DNA of 64,000 nt from Acidimicrobiia bacterium (lineage in GTDB: Bacteria > Actinomycetota > Acidimicrobiia > Spongiisociales > Spongiisociaceae): positions 7,026 to 71,025 of the forward strand of contig QIDH01000049.1 in NCBI GenBank assembly GCA_003229305.1, in the 5' to 3' direction. Below the pieces are notes generated by a model that saw only the letters and a program-made list of their open reading frames with translations, had not been told where the DNA came from and did not search any database. Positions 1 to 10,529 of this stretch are shown here, one piece after another. The first letter of the stretch is position 1, and every line of letters starts with the position of its first letter. The position numbers and the translations under genes are program-made.

Positions 1-1388
1 GCGACCAGCGGGGCGAGAATGGCAATCTCGCGGGCTCCCAAGTCTCGAACAGCGCGGTTTTCATCCTTCGTGACCGGCCCGGTGAAGACCCTCTCATAGG
101 CCCAAAGGAGATAGATCGCAGCCAAGATCACGCCACTGGCGGCCAAAATCGCATAAACCGGCAAGGTCGAATAGCTGCCGATCAGAATGAGAAACTCGCC
201 AACGAAGCCATTGAGGCCTGGCAGCCCGATCGAAGCGAACGCCATGAAGAGAAACACCCCTGCGAAGATCGGCATCGTATTCGCGAGGCCGCCAAACTCT
301 GATATCTCCTTGGTGTGGCGCCGGTCATAGAGCATCCCGACCAAGAGGAACAGCGCTCCAGTGGTGAGGCCGTGATTCACCATCTGCACGACTCCCCCCT
401 GTAGGCCCTGCTCGGTCAGAGCAAAGATTCCGAGCACGATGAAACCGAGGTGGCTGACCGATGAATACGCGACGAGCCTCTTGAGATCGTGCTGCACGAT
501 CGCCACCGCGGCACCGTAAATGATTCCGACAACGGCCAGCACTGCCATCACGGGTACGAAGTCGACGGTCGCTTGGGAAAACAGCGGCAGATTGAAGCGC
601 AGGAACCCGTATGTGCCCATCTTCAGCAGCACACCTGCCAGGAGCACAGATCCGGCAGTTGGCGCCTGAACGTGGGCGTCAGGCAGCCACGTGTGCAGCG
701 GGAAGATTGGTACTTTGATGGCGAAGGCAAGGGCAAATGCGCCGAACAGCCATCGCTGGGTGGTCAGGCTCAGATCGAGGGCGAGCATGTCAGAGTAGGC
801 AAAACTCAACACTCCGAACTGAGACCGGTGGATGAAGGCAAGGGCGATGATTCCCGCCAACATCAGGGCCGACCCGGACGCGGTGTAGATGAAGAATTTG
901 ACTGCCGCATATACCCGGTTCTCGGATCCCCAGATGCCGATGATGAAGGCCATCGGAACGAGAATCACTTCAAAGAAGACGAAGAACAAGAACAGATCAA
1001 GAGCAACGAACACTCCGATCAGCCCGGCCTCGAGCAGAAGCGTCATGGCGATGAATAACCTCGAGCGGTCGGTAATCGACGTTGAGGCGGCCAGAGCGAT
1101 GGGCACAAGGATGGTGGTGAGAACGATAAGTAGCACTGAAATGCCATCCACTCCGAGAATCCATCCGATTCCGAGTTGAGGGATCCAGGAAGCCCGCTCG
1201 ACGAACTGAAATTCGGAGGTGCCTCTCTCGAATTGATAGAACAACAGGCCGCCGAGGGCCACGGGAGCGAGACTGAGGGCAACGCCGACAGGCAAATGCA
1301 GCTCTTGTCGCTCCTCTGGCAGCAGCATGACGATCACCGCGGCTGCAGCAGGGAGAAGAATCAGCACAGTGAGAATCGGAAAGTCCAT
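1..1388 (-). CDS. nuoM: NADH-quinone oxidoreductase subunit M (partial, 3' end lies beyond window start)
   Basis: Minus frame is open from the ATG at 1386-1388 (GGAGG about 9 nt upstream) to the window edge. N-terminus is MDFPILTVLILLPAAAAVIV. In-frame motif AFAIKVPIFPLHTWLPDAHVQAPTAGSVLLAGVLLKMGTYG is classic NuoM. Absent from the ORF track because it has no stop inside the window. Confidence 0.9.
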   Translation of the reverse strand, partial: MDFPILTVLILLPAAAAVIVMLLPEERQELHLPVGVALSLAPVALGGLLFYQFERGTSEFQFVERASWIPQLGIGWILGVDGISVLLIVLTTILVPIALAASTSITDRSRLFIAMTLLLEAGLIGVFVALDLFLFFVFFEVILVPMAFIIGIWGSENRVYAAVKFFIYTASGSALMLAGIIALAFIHRSQFGVLSFAYSDMLALDLSLTTQRWLFGAFALAFAIKVPIFPLHTWLPDAHVQAPTAGSVLLAGVLLKMGTYGFLRFNLPLFSQATVDFVPVMAVLAVVGIIYGAAVAIVQHDLKRLVAYSSVSHLGFIVLGIFALTEQGLQGGVVQMVNHGLTTGALFLLVGMLYDRRHTKEISEFGGLANTMPIFAGVFLFMAFASIGLPGLNGFVGEFLILIGSYSTLPVYAILAASGVILAAIYLLWAYERVFTGPVTKDENRAVRDLGAREIAILAPLV

Positions 1389-1440
1389 CAGCCGGACCTC
1401 CGCTCAGCCGGCAGATTGGCGGGACTGGCGACCAGTGCCC

Positions 1441-3342
1441 TCATAAGCCCCTCGACATGATCCAGGCGACCAGGGCCACGGCACCGCCTGCCAGCAGTAC
1501 CCCGTATGAGCGCACGAATCCGGTCTGAAGGGGTCTGACCCATCCACCGATTCGTCTAACCGTGCCGCCTACCCCGTTGACCAGACCATCGATAACCACC
1601 TGGTCTACGAACTCCGCCATCCAAACCGCGATTCGTTTCCCCGGCGCGACGACCAGCCGGCCATACACTCGGTCCACCCAGTAGGCGTTCTCCCACACGA
1701 ACATCGGTCGGCGAACCAAACCCAGCATCCTCTGGCGGGTCGTTTCATCCGCCCGCCCATACAGGAGGTAGGCCATCACCAGCCCTGCCACCCCGGCCAG
1801 CACCGAGACGACGGCCAGCAGGGTGATCGAGCCGGCACTTTCAGGACCCTGGGCGATGTTTACCGCCTCGAAGGCAGGTTCGAGGAAGTTCTCAAACGAC
1901 AAGCGGAACGGCGTGTTGATCAGACCGACCAGGACTGTCAGTGCAGCGAGGACGACCAGGGGGTTGGTCATAACCCTTGGCGACTCGTGAGGTTCGACGC
2001 CTTCGTCCCACCTCGCCTTGCCCTCGAAGACCAGGAAATACTGGCGGCCCATGTAGAAGGCTGTCAGGAGAGCGGTAAGCAGGCCGACCGCCCAGAGCAC
2101 CGTGAAATATCCTCCCCGTTCGAAGAGCACAGCCAAGATCTCATCTTTGGACCAGAACCCGGCCAGCGGGGGAATGCCGGCAATCGAGAGCGTCGCGATC
2201 CCCATCGTGATCCAGGTGAGCGGCATCTTCTTGCGCAAACCACCCATCTTCATCATGTCCTGCTCGTCCCCCATGCCGTGGATGACGGCGCCGGCACCTA
2301 GGAAGAGGAGAGCCTTGAACACAGCGTGGGTGACCAGATGAAATACCCCGGCCACGTACCCGCCGACACCTACCGCCATGAACATGTAGCCGAGCTGGCT
2401 GATCGTCGAGTAGGCCAGGACTCGCTTGATGTCACGCTGGGCAATGGCGATTGTCGCCGCCAACAGAGCAGTCAGCGCGCCCACGGTTGCCACCGCACCA
2501 CCGGCCACGGTCGAAAGTTCGAAAATCGAAGCGGTCCTCGCGACGATGTAGACGCCGGCCGTGACCATCGTCGCTGCGTGGATCAGCGCCGAGACAGGCG
2601 TTGGACCCTCCATTGCGTCCGGCAGCCATATGTAGAGCGGAATCTGCGCGGACTTGCCGACAGCTCCGACCAGTAGGAGTAGTCCGATGGCGGTGGCCGT
2701 GCCTACCCCGATCACATCACCTGGGTTCTCCAGAATCGGGCCGTAGGAAAGTGTTCCGAACGAGACGAAGATGATCATCAGGGCGACCATGAACCCAAAG
2801 TCACCGATCCGGTTGACTATGAAGGCCTTCTTGCCTGCTGCGGCTGCGCTTGGCCTCGAGAACCAGAACGAAATCAGCAAGTAGGAGCTGAGGCCCACCA
2901 ACTCCCATCCCACGAACAGGACCGCGAAGTTGTCGGCCAGCACCAGGATCAACATCGAAGCCGCGAAGAAGTTCAGATAGGTAAAGAACCGGCTGAACCG
3001 CTCGTCGCCATGCATGTAGCCGATTGCGTAGATGTGGATGAGCGTGCCGACACCGGTGACCACCATGACCATCGTGGCCGCAAGCGGATCCCACAGCAGT
3101 TCGGCGGTTGCGCCTATTCCCGGAATCCAATCGAACAGGTGAACAGAAGTCACGGCTTCCTCCGCGACATCTCCACCCCGGAAGAATGGGACCGCCGCCA
3201 CGGCTCCATAGACGAAGGCGGAACCGACACCGACGACGGCCAGCCAGCCGGAGCGAGGTTCGCCGATCCGACGACCGACAAAGTGGTTTAGAACGGCGCC
3301 CGCCAGCGGCAAAACAATGATCAGCCAGAGATAATCAGTCAT
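1441..3342 (-). CDS. nuoL: NADH-quinone oxidoreductase subunit L
   Basis: ORF 1441..3378. Motifs WELVGLSSYLLISFW, GKSAQIPLYIWLPDAMEGPTPVSALIHAATMV. Start trimmed to ATG 3342 (MTDYLWLIIVLPLAG), the usual family N-terminus. Confidence 0.93.
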   Translation of the reverse strand: MTDYLWLIIVLPLAGAVLNHFVGRRIGEPRSGWLAVVGVGSAFVYGAVAAVPFFRGGDVAEEAVTSVHLFDWIPGIGATAELLWDPLAATMVMVVTGVGTLIHIYAIGYMHGDERFSRFFTYLNFFAASMLILVLADNFAVLFVGWELVGLSSYLLISFWFSRPSAAAAGKKAFIVNRIGDFGFMVALMIIFVSFGTLSYGPILENPGDVIGVGTATAIGLLLLVGAVGKSAQIPLYIWLPDAMEGPTPVSALIHAATMVTAGVYIVARTASIFELSTVAGGAVATVGALTALLAATIAIAQRDIKRVLAYSTISQLGYMFMAVGVGGYVAGVFHLVTHAVFKALLFLGAGAVIHGMGDEQDMMKMGGLRKKMPLTWITMGIATLSIAGIPPLAGFWSKDEILAVLFERGGYFTVLWAVGLLTALLTAFYMGRQYFLVFEGKARWDEGVEPHESPRVMTNPLVVLAALTVLVGLINTPFRLSFENFLEPAFEAVNIAQGPESAGSITLLAVVSVLAGVAGLVMAYLLYGRADETTRQRMLGLVRRPMFVWENAYWVDRVYGRLVVAPGKRIAVWMAEFVDQVVIDGLVNGVGGTVRRIGGWVRPLQTGFVRSYGVLLAGGAVALVAWIMSRGL

Positions 3343-3406
3343 TGCGTATCCAGCCCGCCGAGTTGAAGGCTGTTGCACATGCGCGGGCTGACCGACGGAT
3401 AGCGGG

Positions 3407-3431
3407 CGGCGGACGGCGGACGGCGGACGGC
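3407..3431. repeat. Heptamer tandem repeat (CGGCGGA x3 plus a partial copy) in the nuoK-nuoL spacer
   Basis: Read directly: cggcgga cggcgga cggcgga cggc at 3407..3431, inside the roughly 96-nt spacer between the nuoL start and the nuoK stop. Confidence 0.8.
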
Positions 3432-3438
3432 TGGGTGG

Positions 3439-3744
3439 TCATCCCTTCAACTCCGCCAAATCGTCCACCGTAGCGGTGGACCTCGATCGGAAGACTGACA
3501 CAATGATCGCCAGGCCGACGGCCACTTCCGCGGCCGCCACGACCAGCACGAAAAACACCGCCATTTGGCCGTCGAGGTTCCCGACCGCCCCTCCGGCAGT
3601 CACGAAGGTCAGGTTGACTGCGTTGAGCATCAGCTCGACAGACATGAACATCATCAGCGCGTTGTTCCGCAGGAGCAACCCGATCGTTCCGATCAGGAAC
3701 AGCACAGCCGCGAGAGTCATATACCAGTCTGGAGTGACAGTCAT
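3439..3744 (-). CDS. nuoK: NADH-quinone oxidoreductase subunit K
   Basis: ORF 3439..3858. Trimmed to ATG 3744 ([19 protein letters not shown]), which overlaps the nuoJ stop as ATGA. Motif [17 protein letters not shown]. Confidence 0.9.
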   Translation of the reverse strand: MTVTPDWYMTLAAVLFLIGTIGLLLRNNALMMFMSVELMLNAVNLTFVTAGGAVGNLDGQMAVFFVLVVAAAEVAVGLAIIVSVFRSRSTATVDDLAELKG

Positions 3745-4307
3745 TCTGCGTCGTCCCCAACCGACTGGAGACGCCGTGGCCGATAGAACGCCAGCACGAT
3801 GGCGCCGACCGAAGCGATTATCAACAGCACGGCGGTAGCTTCGAACGGCAACAACCATCGATTGATAAGTGATTCACCAATGGACTCGATCGTTCCGTTG
3901 GGGGGCACAGGGATCTCGATTACCTGGCCACTGAGCGCCACACGATCAGCGGTGATCCACTCCCACCGGCCGCTCAACACCAAGCCTCCAACCATTGCCA
4001 GGATGGCTGCCACGACCCCCAGAACGGCAGGGCGCTGCCAGGCCAGGCCTTCGTCCAAGGATTGGGCCTTGTCCACGCCGATGAACATGATCACGAACAA
4101 GAAAAGGGTCATTACTGCACCTGCGTACACAATCACTTGGACCACCGCGACAAAGTGGGCAAGCTGTATCACGTAGATGACTGCGAGCCCGAAGAGGGTC
4201 GCCAGCATTCCCATCGCGGCGTACACCGGGTTGCGGCCCAAGATCATGGAGAGCGCCCCTCCGATGACGACGGTGGACAAGACGACAAAGAGAATGAGCT
4301 CAACCAT
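3741..4307 (-). CDS. nuoJ: NADH-quinone oxidoreductase subunit J
   Basis: ORF 3741..4379. Trimmed to ATG 4307 ([32 protein letters not shown]). Hydrophobic NuoJ-like protein in nuo gene order. Confidence 0.88.
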   Translation of the reverse strand: MVELILFVVLSTVVIGGALSMILGRNPVYAAMGMLATLFGLAVIYVIQLAHFVAVVQVIVYAGAVMTLFLFVIMFIGVDKAQSLDEGLAWQRPAVLGVVAAILAMVGGLVLSGRWEWITADRVALSGQVIEIPVPPNGTIESIGESLINRWLLPFEATAVLLIIASVGAIVLAFYRPRRLQSVGDDAE

Positions 4308-4986
4308 CGGTCGTACTGTCCTCGTCCTCGGCTTCGGCTTCGGCTTCGTCCTCGGCTTCGAGCGGTTCGGATTGGCCAATCTCTGGCGGCCGAGAACCTA
4401 TGCCGGCAGAGGGAGTCCAGGCAGTTTCGCCCTCGTAGGCAGCCCGCCCGCCAGGCGCCGCAGCCCGCATCCAGCCATCCGCCTTCACCAACTCACCCAG
4501 GTCTGCGTATGGGTCATCGGTGAACATGTGGTTAGGAGTCCCGTCAGGGTTGACCAAAAGTTCGGTTTTGGTATAGATCCCGTCCGCCCGATTGGTTGTA
4601 GACATCTCGAACAACTGAGTCATTGTGATCGCCTCGGTCGGACAGGCCTCGACACAAAGAGCGCAAAAGATGCACCGCAGCAAGTTGATTTCGTAGACAA
4701 AACCGTATCGCTCGCCGGGGCTGACCGGCTCGTCTGGGGGGTTGTCGGTTCCCCGAACATAGATGCAATGAGCAGGACAGGCGCCGGCACATAGCTCACA
4801 GCCAATGCATTTTTCCATGCCGTCCGGGTAACGGTTGAGCACATGGCGTCCGTGGAAGCGCTGAGGCTTGACCCGCATCTCGTCCGGATATCGGATCGTG
4901 ACCTCGCCCTTGCCGCCAAAGAATGCCCGGACAAAGTGTCCGAAAGTAACCTTCATGCCGGCCAGAAACGCTGCTACAGGACCCAC
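4300..4986 (-). CDS. nuoI: NADH-quinone oxidoreductase subunit I (2x[4Fe-4S]) with acidic C-terminal extension
   Basis: Two ferredoxin motifs, [12 protein letters not shown] and [12 protein letters not shown]. About 60 extra C-terminal residues ending [19 protein letters not shown]. Confidence 0.93.
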   Translation of the reverse strand: MGPVAAFLAGMKVTFGHFVRAFFGGKGEVTIRYPDEMRVKPQRFHGRHVLNRYPDGMEKCIGCELCAGACPAHCIYVRGTDNPPDEPVSPGERYGFVYEINLLRCIFCALCVEACPTEAITMTQLFEMSTTNRADGIYTKTELLVNPDGTPNHMFTDDPYADLGELVKADGWMRAAAPGGRAAYEGETAWTPSAGIGSRPPEIGQSEPLEAEDEAEAEAEDEDSTTDG

Positions 4987-4987
4987 G

Positions 4988-6076
4988 TCAACTCCACGGA
5001 TTTCCGAATTGGCGCCAGGCGAGAACCACGGCGATGATCATGAGCCAGGCGAGTGCTCCTGGTATCAGCCTCTTCCAGCCGAACTCCATGAGCTGGTCGT
5101 AACGAAGTCGAGGCAGGGTGGCCCGCAGCCATACATAGACAAAGAGCAGAACCACAACCTTGGCAAAGAACCAGAACGTAGGCAGCACGCCAGAGATCAG
5201 CGCAGGGAGCACGCCGTCCCAAGTTGGTCCTGACCAGCCGCCCATGAACAAGGTCACGGCGATCGCGGACATCGTGAACATGTTGATGTACTCGGCCAGG
5301 AAAAACAGAGCGAAACGCAGCCCCGAATATTCGGTGTGGAAGCCGCCAACCAACTCCTGTTCGGCCTCGACCAGGTCAAAGGGGGCCCGATTTGTTTCGG
5401 CCACCGCGGCAATGAAGAAGATCACAAACGAAGGAGCCAGCAGGAACAGATTCCAATTGGGGATGAACGGCACGACGTTTCCGAGGAATTGGAGGTTGGC
5501 CCGCTGAAACTCGACTATCTCGGAGAGCTGCACTGAACCCGTGTACATGACCACCGGAATAACGGAGAGCCCGAGGGCCGCCTCATATGAGATCGCCTGA
5601 GCGGTGGCTCTCACCCCACCCAGCAGCGGATACTTCGAGCCAGAGGACCAGCCGGCCAGAACCACTGCGTACACGGCGATTGAGGACATCGAAAGAATGA
5701 ACAGCAGTCCGATGTTGAGATCAGCGCCTTGCAGCAGGATCTCCCTGGGCTCGCCACCGAGGTTGAGGGTGAACGGCCGACCGAACGGGACGGTCATGAA
5801 TATCAAGAAGGCAGGAATGGTGGCCAGGATCGGCGCCGCGATGTAGAGGCCGAACTCGACCTTGCGAGGTGTGATCTGCTCTTTGAAGAAAAGCTTCATG
5901 CCGTCCGCGAGGGTCTGCAGCATTCCCCACGGGCCGGCCCTTGCCGGGCCGATTCGGTCTTGCATGTCCGCGACCACTTTTCGTTCGAACCATACGAGGA
6001 GCAAGGTGGTGATCATCAGCATCACGAAGATCACGACCACCCGAATGACAATCAGTATGAAGTCCCAGCCGTCCAT
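4988..6076 (-). CDS. nuoH: NADH-quinone oxidoreductase subunit H
   Basis: Motifs [26 protein letters not shown] and [27 protein letters not shown]. Confidence 0.95.
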   Translation of the reverse strand: MDGWDFILIVIRVVVIFVMLMITTLLLVWFERKVVADMQDRIGPARAGPWGMLQTLADGMKLFFKEQITPRKVEFGLYIAAPILATIPAFLIFMTVPFGRPFTLNLGGEPREILLQGADLNIGLLFILSMSSIAVYAVVLAGWSSGSKYPLLGGVRATAQAISYEAALGLSVIPVVMYTGSVQLSEIVEFQRANLQFLGNVVPFIPNWNLFLLAPSFVIFFIAAVAETNRAPFDLVEAEQELVGGFHTEYSGLRFALFFLAEYINMFTMSAIAVTLFMGGWSGPTWDGVLPALISGVLPTFWFFAKVVVLLFVYVWLRATLPRLRYDQLMEFGWKRLIPGALAWLMIIAVVLAWRQFGNPWS

Positions 6077-8514
6077 CAGCTCGACCCTCCAGCCTTGACC
6101 AACACAGATGCGGCCGCGTCGAGCGTCTCGATCCCAGGCTGATTGAACGGGATCGCGACCGTTTTGTCCGCCAGCGCCCGATCGATCCTGACGGGACAGG
6201 CAAAGGTGACGGACCCGATGGACACCGTCACCAGGTCGCCAGCCTCCACTCCAAGATCGACGGCCTGGTCGGGTGACAGACCAGCGGTCATCCCAGGGGC
6301 GAGCTTGGCGAGAGACAGCGAATGACGGATGGCCGAACCGTCGTCGTACAGCGTCCTGGCGAGATGCAGCGCCAAACCTTTGGTTCTCGCTGGCTGTTCA
6401 GCGTTGACGGCAATATATTCGAGTGGCTGCCTGACATCTCCGATGGGCACGACAGCGCCCTCGCGAGCCTCCCCTTCGAGCAAATCCCAACTAACACCCT
6501 CGTATGCAGTCGCGACCGTGGAGATTTCCTTGGCGATCGCTTCGGAGGACGGCAGCCCGATAGGCGAACCCATCGACTCGGCGATACCGTCGAGGACCGA
6601 CCAGTCTGGCCTGGCCTGACCTGGCCCGGGAACGATCCGGTTGACCTTCTGAACCCTTCCCTCCAAATTGGTGACCGTTCCCTCCTTTTCGGTGAATCCC
6701 TCGGCCGGCAGCACAACGTCGGCCATCGCAGCCGAATCCGTCATGAAGAGGTCGATCGCGACGCTGAAATCCGCCGCCCTGAGGGCATCGGCCGCCTTGG
6801 AACCTGACGGTACGTCGCGCACCGGATCGGCCCCGACCATGATCAGGGCCTCGAGTTCACCTCCCACCAAACCGGCGAGCATCCCGGCCGTGTCCAGGCC
6901 CCGAGTCGCTGGGACTTTGCCCCACAGTTCAATGATGGCTCCGCTCGCTCCCCTGGCGGGGATACGGCCTGGCAGCAGACTTGGGGCGACGCCCATGTCA
7001 AGGGCGCCGAAGGTGTTGGCACGACGAACGATCGGCATGATCGACGCGGCGGGTAGATCGCGAGCGAAGGAAGCGACGGCCTCGGCCAAACCGCCGTCCT
7101 CGGAGAGGCCTGTGCGCCCCAGGATCACAACCACTGGACCGTCCTGAAGTGCGTCGAGGGCTGGTGCGTAGTCTTGCGTTCCGGCAGCCAGATCAGCGAG
7201 CAGATCGGCGCCATCGCCAGGCCGATAGCCAAATTTGTGGTCGGCCAGGTCGTCAAGGCCCGTCCTCGCCGGGTGGACCACTATCAAGGTGGCGTCCAGC
7301 TCCCGCGCGGCGCGGCGCACCCTCAGGTACAGGATCGGGTTTTCCTCTTTGAGGTCAGCGGACCAGACCAGGATCGTCTTGGCGCTCTCGAGATCTTGGA
7401 TCCTTGCCCGAGAGCCGACACCCACGAGGAAGTCAGGGTTCAACCCATCGTCCAACTGCGCGTCGAGGTTGTTGGTCCCGACCGCGACCCGCATGAACTT
7501 GGAAAGAGCGTATGCGTCCTCGTTGGTGCCCTGGGCCCCTCCGATGGCGCCGACCGCGTCCGGGCCTGAACGCTCTACGATTTCTTTGAGCCTTGCTGCC
7601 ACCAGCCCGATGGCCTCGCCCCAAGAGGCCTCCCGAAACTCACCGTCCTCTCGGATCATCGGCATCTTGAGCCGGTCAGGGGATCCGATGAACTCGAAAC
7701 CGAAACGTTCCTTGTCCGACAACCATCCCTGGTTGGTCAGGCCGTTGTCGACGCCCAGGAACCGCAGAACCTGGTTCTGAGAAGCGTGGACTGTGATCCG
7801 ACTGCCCTCGGTGTGAAACGGACTGGTCGACTCGATTGTTAGGAGATCCCATGGCCTGGCCCTGAACCGATACGGCGCGGCCGTCAGGGCCCCAACCGGG
7901 CAAATCTGGACGGTGTTGCCGGAAAAGTACGAGGCGAACGGCTCATCTGGAAAGGTGAAAATTTCTGTCCCGTTTCCCCGATTTTGGAATTCGATCAACG
8001 GGTCGCCAGCAATTTCGTCCGAAAACCGGGTGCACCTGGCACAGAGGATGCAACGCTCTCGATCGAGCAGGACGAGGTCAGAGATTGGCACCGGCTTCTC
8101 GTAATGCCGCTTCTCCTCAACGAACCGGCTCTCACCTGGCCCATACGACATCACCTGATCCTGGAGCGGACACTCTCCGCCCCTGTCACAAATCGGACAA
8201 TCGAGCGGATGGTTGACCAGCAAGAACTCGAGCACACCTTCTTGGGCCTTCAGCGCGACAGGCGAGCCAGTCTCGACCGCCATGCCGTCCGCCACCGGTT
8301 GAACACACGAGGGGACAAGAGCCGTACCCCTGGGGGTCTCGACCTCCACCAGGCACATTCGGCACAGGCCAACTGGCTTCATCCGAGGATGCCAACAGAA
8401 CCTCGGAATATAGGTGCCGTTGTCCTCGGCCACCTTGATGAGCATTTCGCCCGCTGGAGCCTGGATCTCCTCGCCGTTGAGCTTGATCGTCACGAATTCG
8501 GCCGGTTCGCTCAC
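6076..8514 (-). CDS. nuoG: NADH-quinone oxidoreductase subunit G
   Basis: 812 aa. N-terminal 2Fe-2S/4Fe-4S motifs CWHPRMKPVGLCRMCLVEV and HPLDCPICDRGGECPLQD, followed by a molybdopterin-oxidoreductase-like domain. Confidence 0.95.
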   Translation of the reverse strand: MSEPAEFVTIKLNGEEIQAPAGEMLIKVAEDNGTYIPRFCWHPRMKPVGLCRMCLVEVETPRGTALVPSCVQPVADGMAVETGSPVALKAQEGVLEFLLVNHPLDCPICDRGGECPLQDQVMSYGPGESRFVEEKRHYEKPVPISDLVLLDRERCILCARCTRFSDEIAGDPLIEFQNRGNGTEIFTFPDEPFASYFSGNTVQICPVGALTAAPYRFRARPWDLLTIESTSPFHTEGSRITVHASQNQVLRFLGVDNGLTNQGWLSDKERFGFEFIGSPDRLKMPMIREDGEFREASWGEAIGLVAARLKEIVERSGPDAVGAIGGAQGTNEDAYALSKFMRVAVGTNNLDAQLDDGLNPDFLVGVGSRARIQDLESAKTILVWSADLKEENPILYLRVRRAARELDATLIVVHPARTGLDDLADHKFGYRPGDGADLLADLAAGTQDYAPALDALQDGPVVVILGRTGLSEDGGLAEAVASFARDLPAASIMPIVRRANTFGALDMGVAPSLLPGRIPARGASGAIIELWGKVPATRGLDTAGMLAGLVGGELEALIMVGADPVRDVPSGSKAADALRAADFSVAIDLFMTDSAAMADVVLPAEGFTEKEGTVTNLEGRVQKVNRIVPGPGQARPDWSVLDGIAESMGSPIGLPSSEAIAKEISTVATAYEGVSWDLLEGEAREGAVVPIGDVRQPLEYIAVNAEQPARTKGLALHLARTLYDDGSAIRHSLSLAKLAPGMTAGLSPDQAVDLGVEAGDLVTVSIGSVTFACPVRIDRALADKTVAIPFNQPGIETLDAAASVLVKAGGSS

Positions 8515-9827
8515 GAGCGTATCCCGATCGATACAGGGACTTGGGTGCCTCGTTCGACGGCGGCTGCGACCTCTTCCGGAAAATGTTTCAGTAGGGACGC
8601 CACTGGAGATACCGCTGAGGGACCGAGGGGACAGATCGTCGTCATCTTCGGCGGCCAGGTGACTCCTGGCGAAATATTGTCAGACACGTCGTAGAGCACA
8701 TCCGGGTCGCTGGCTCGTCCGTGGCCGGCCAGCATTCGACGCAAGATCATGTCCAGCCAGGTGGTTCCTTCCCTGCATGGGGTGCATAGCCCGCACGATT
8801 CGTGCGCGAAGAATCGCACCAGCCGCTCCGCGGCGGCCACCATGTCGGTGGTGTGATCCATGACTATCACTGCACCTGAGCCGGTCATCGAACCGTTGGA
8901 GTCGATGGCCGCCTTGGTGACTTCGGTGTCGAGGTGCTCGGCCGGCACAAACCAGGGCGCGGACGCGCCTCCTGGAACCCAGGCCTTCAGTTCGTTGCCG
9001 TTCCGAATCCCGCCGGCCACGTCATAGATGAGCTCCCGCCAGGTGATCCCCTCGACGATCTCATAATTCCCAGGCCGGTTGACATGGCCTGAAATTGAAC
9101 ACATTCGCCTGCCAGGGCTGTCCTCGGGGCCGATCGCCGAATAGGCGTTGCCGCCGTTGTTGATGATCCAGGGGATGTTGGAGAGAGTCTCGATGTTATT
9201 GACGATCGTTGGCGCCATGTACAAGCCGCGGACCGCTGGGAAGAAGGGCGGTTTGAGTCTCGGTTCGCCTCTGCGACCTTCGAGGCTATTGAGCAGGGCG
9301 GTCTCTTCTCCGCAGATGTAGGCACCGCCACCCAGGTGAACTGTCAGCTCGAGGTCGTAACCGGAGTCGAGAATGTTGGCGCCCAGATATCCAGCTGCAT
9401 ATGCCTCGTCGACGGCCGCCTGAACCCGCCTGGCCGACTTGGGGTATTCGCCGCGAATATAGATGAACGCGTGATTCACCTCGTTGGCCAGCGAGGAGAT
9501 GATCGTCCCCTCCACCAATTGATGTGGGTCCCGTTCCATGAGCTGGCGATCTTTGAAGGTGCCAGGTTCTGATTCGTCCCCGTTGACAACGAGATAGGCA
9601 GGGCGGGCCGGCGCGAGGAAACCCCACTTCACGCCGGCGGGGAAACCGGCGCCTCCCCTGCCCCGCAGATTGGCTGCCTTGACCTCTTCGACGATTGCGT
9701 CTCTGCCCATGTCCAGGGCAGTTCGCAGTGCCGTGTAACCACCGGTTGCCTCGTATGTGGCAATGGTGTGACTGCTCTCAGGATGAGCGTGCATCCTGGC
9801 TGTGAGAATCAGCGGATGATCGGTCAT
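8511..9827 (-). CDS. nuoF: NADH-quinone oxidoreductase subunit F
   Basis: Motifs GRGGAGFPAGVKW (FMN/NADH site) and ESCGLCTPCREG (4Fe-4S). 4-nt overlaps with nuoG and nuoE. Confidence 0.95.
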   Translation of the reverse strand: MTDHPLILTARMHAHPESSHTIATYEATGGYTALRTALDMGRDAIVEEVKAANLRGRGGAGFPAGVKWGFLAPARPAYLVVNGDESEPGTFKDRQLMERDPHQLVEGTIISSLANEVNHAFIYIRGEYPKSARRVQAAVDEAYAAGYLGANILDSGYDLELTVHLGGGAYICGEETALLNSLEGRRGEPRLKPPFFPAVRGLYMAPTIVNNIETLSNIPWIINNGGNAYSAIGPEDSPGRRMCSISGHVNRPGNYEIVEGITWRELIYDVAGGIRNGNELKAWVPGGASAPWFVPAEHLDTEVTKAAIDSNGSMTGSGAVIVMDHTTDMVAAAERLVRFFAHESCGLCTPCREGTTWLDMILRRMLAGHGRASDPDVLYDVSDNISPGVTWPPKMTTICPLGPSAVSPVASLLKHFPEEVAAAVERGTQVPVSIGIRS

Positions 9828-10456
9828 GAGCGATCCAGAGCAGCGATGGTTCCGTGAGGCTGAAACGCCGGGTATGGGCCAGTGGCATCGTTTGTTTCGT
9901 TGATGGCCCAGTCGAACGAACGCTCCCCACCGAACAACGCTTGCATCTCGTCACCATTGAGCGTCGCGGGTTGGGCGGCGTTGAGCCACTCGACCAGTTC
10001 TGTTGCCTTTTTCGGCGTGAGTCCCTCGATCAGCTCGTAGTTGACCTGGACGGCTGGAGCCCCTCCGCAGGCGCCGATGCACTCGACGTGTTCGGGGCTG
10101 ATGACTCCGCTCTCGTCAGTTTCTCCGCTAGGAACGCCTGCGGAGGCCTCAACGGCCTCGAGCACCTCGTCTCCGCCAAGAAGCCAACAAGATATGGATG
10201 TGCAGACGGATACCAAATACTTTCCGACCGGCTCCAGCTTGTACATCGTGTAGAAGCTGGCAACCGAACTCACCTGGGCGGGTTCGAGATCGACCAGATC
10301 CGCTACTCGCCGCATTCCGGCCTCGGAGAGATAACCGTCCTCTCGCATCGCGATGTACAGCAACGGCATGAGGGCAGAGCGTTTCTGCGGATATTTCGCC
10401 ATGACGGACTCCGCCAATGCCTCGGACTCCTCTGACCAACGTGCGGTGTCAGTCAT
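9824..10456 (-). CDS. nuoE: NADH-quinone oxidoreductase subunit E
   Basis: Motifs SVCTSISCWLLGGD and CIGACGGAP (2Fe-2S). First ATG at 10456 (MTDTARW); the track start at 10465 is a TTG. Confidence 0.92.
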   Translation of the reverse strand: MTDTARWSEESEALAESVMAKYPQKRSALMPLLYIAMREDGYLSEAGMRRVADLVDLEPAQVSSVASFYTMYKLEPVGKYLVSVCTSISCWLLGGDEVLEAVEASAGVPSGETDESGVISPEHVECIGACGGAPAVQVNYELIEGLTPKKATELVEWLNAAQPATLNGDEMQALFGGERSFDWAINETNDATGPYPAFQPHGTIAALDRS

Positions 10457-10466
10457 ACGAACCAAT

Positions 10467-10529
10467 GGCCTTCCGCTCTCGGTAGAAGGCCATCCGCTCT
10501 CGGTAGAAGGCCTTCCGCTCTCGGCATGA
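10467..10529. repeat. 3 x 21-bp tandem repeat (GGCCTTCCGCTCTCGGTAGAA-like) just upstream of nuoE in mRNA sense
   Basis: Copies at 10467-10487, 10488-10508 and 10509-10529 differ at 1-3 positions. In mRNA sense each carries an SD-like GCGGAAGG or GCGGATGG. Confidence 0.85.
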
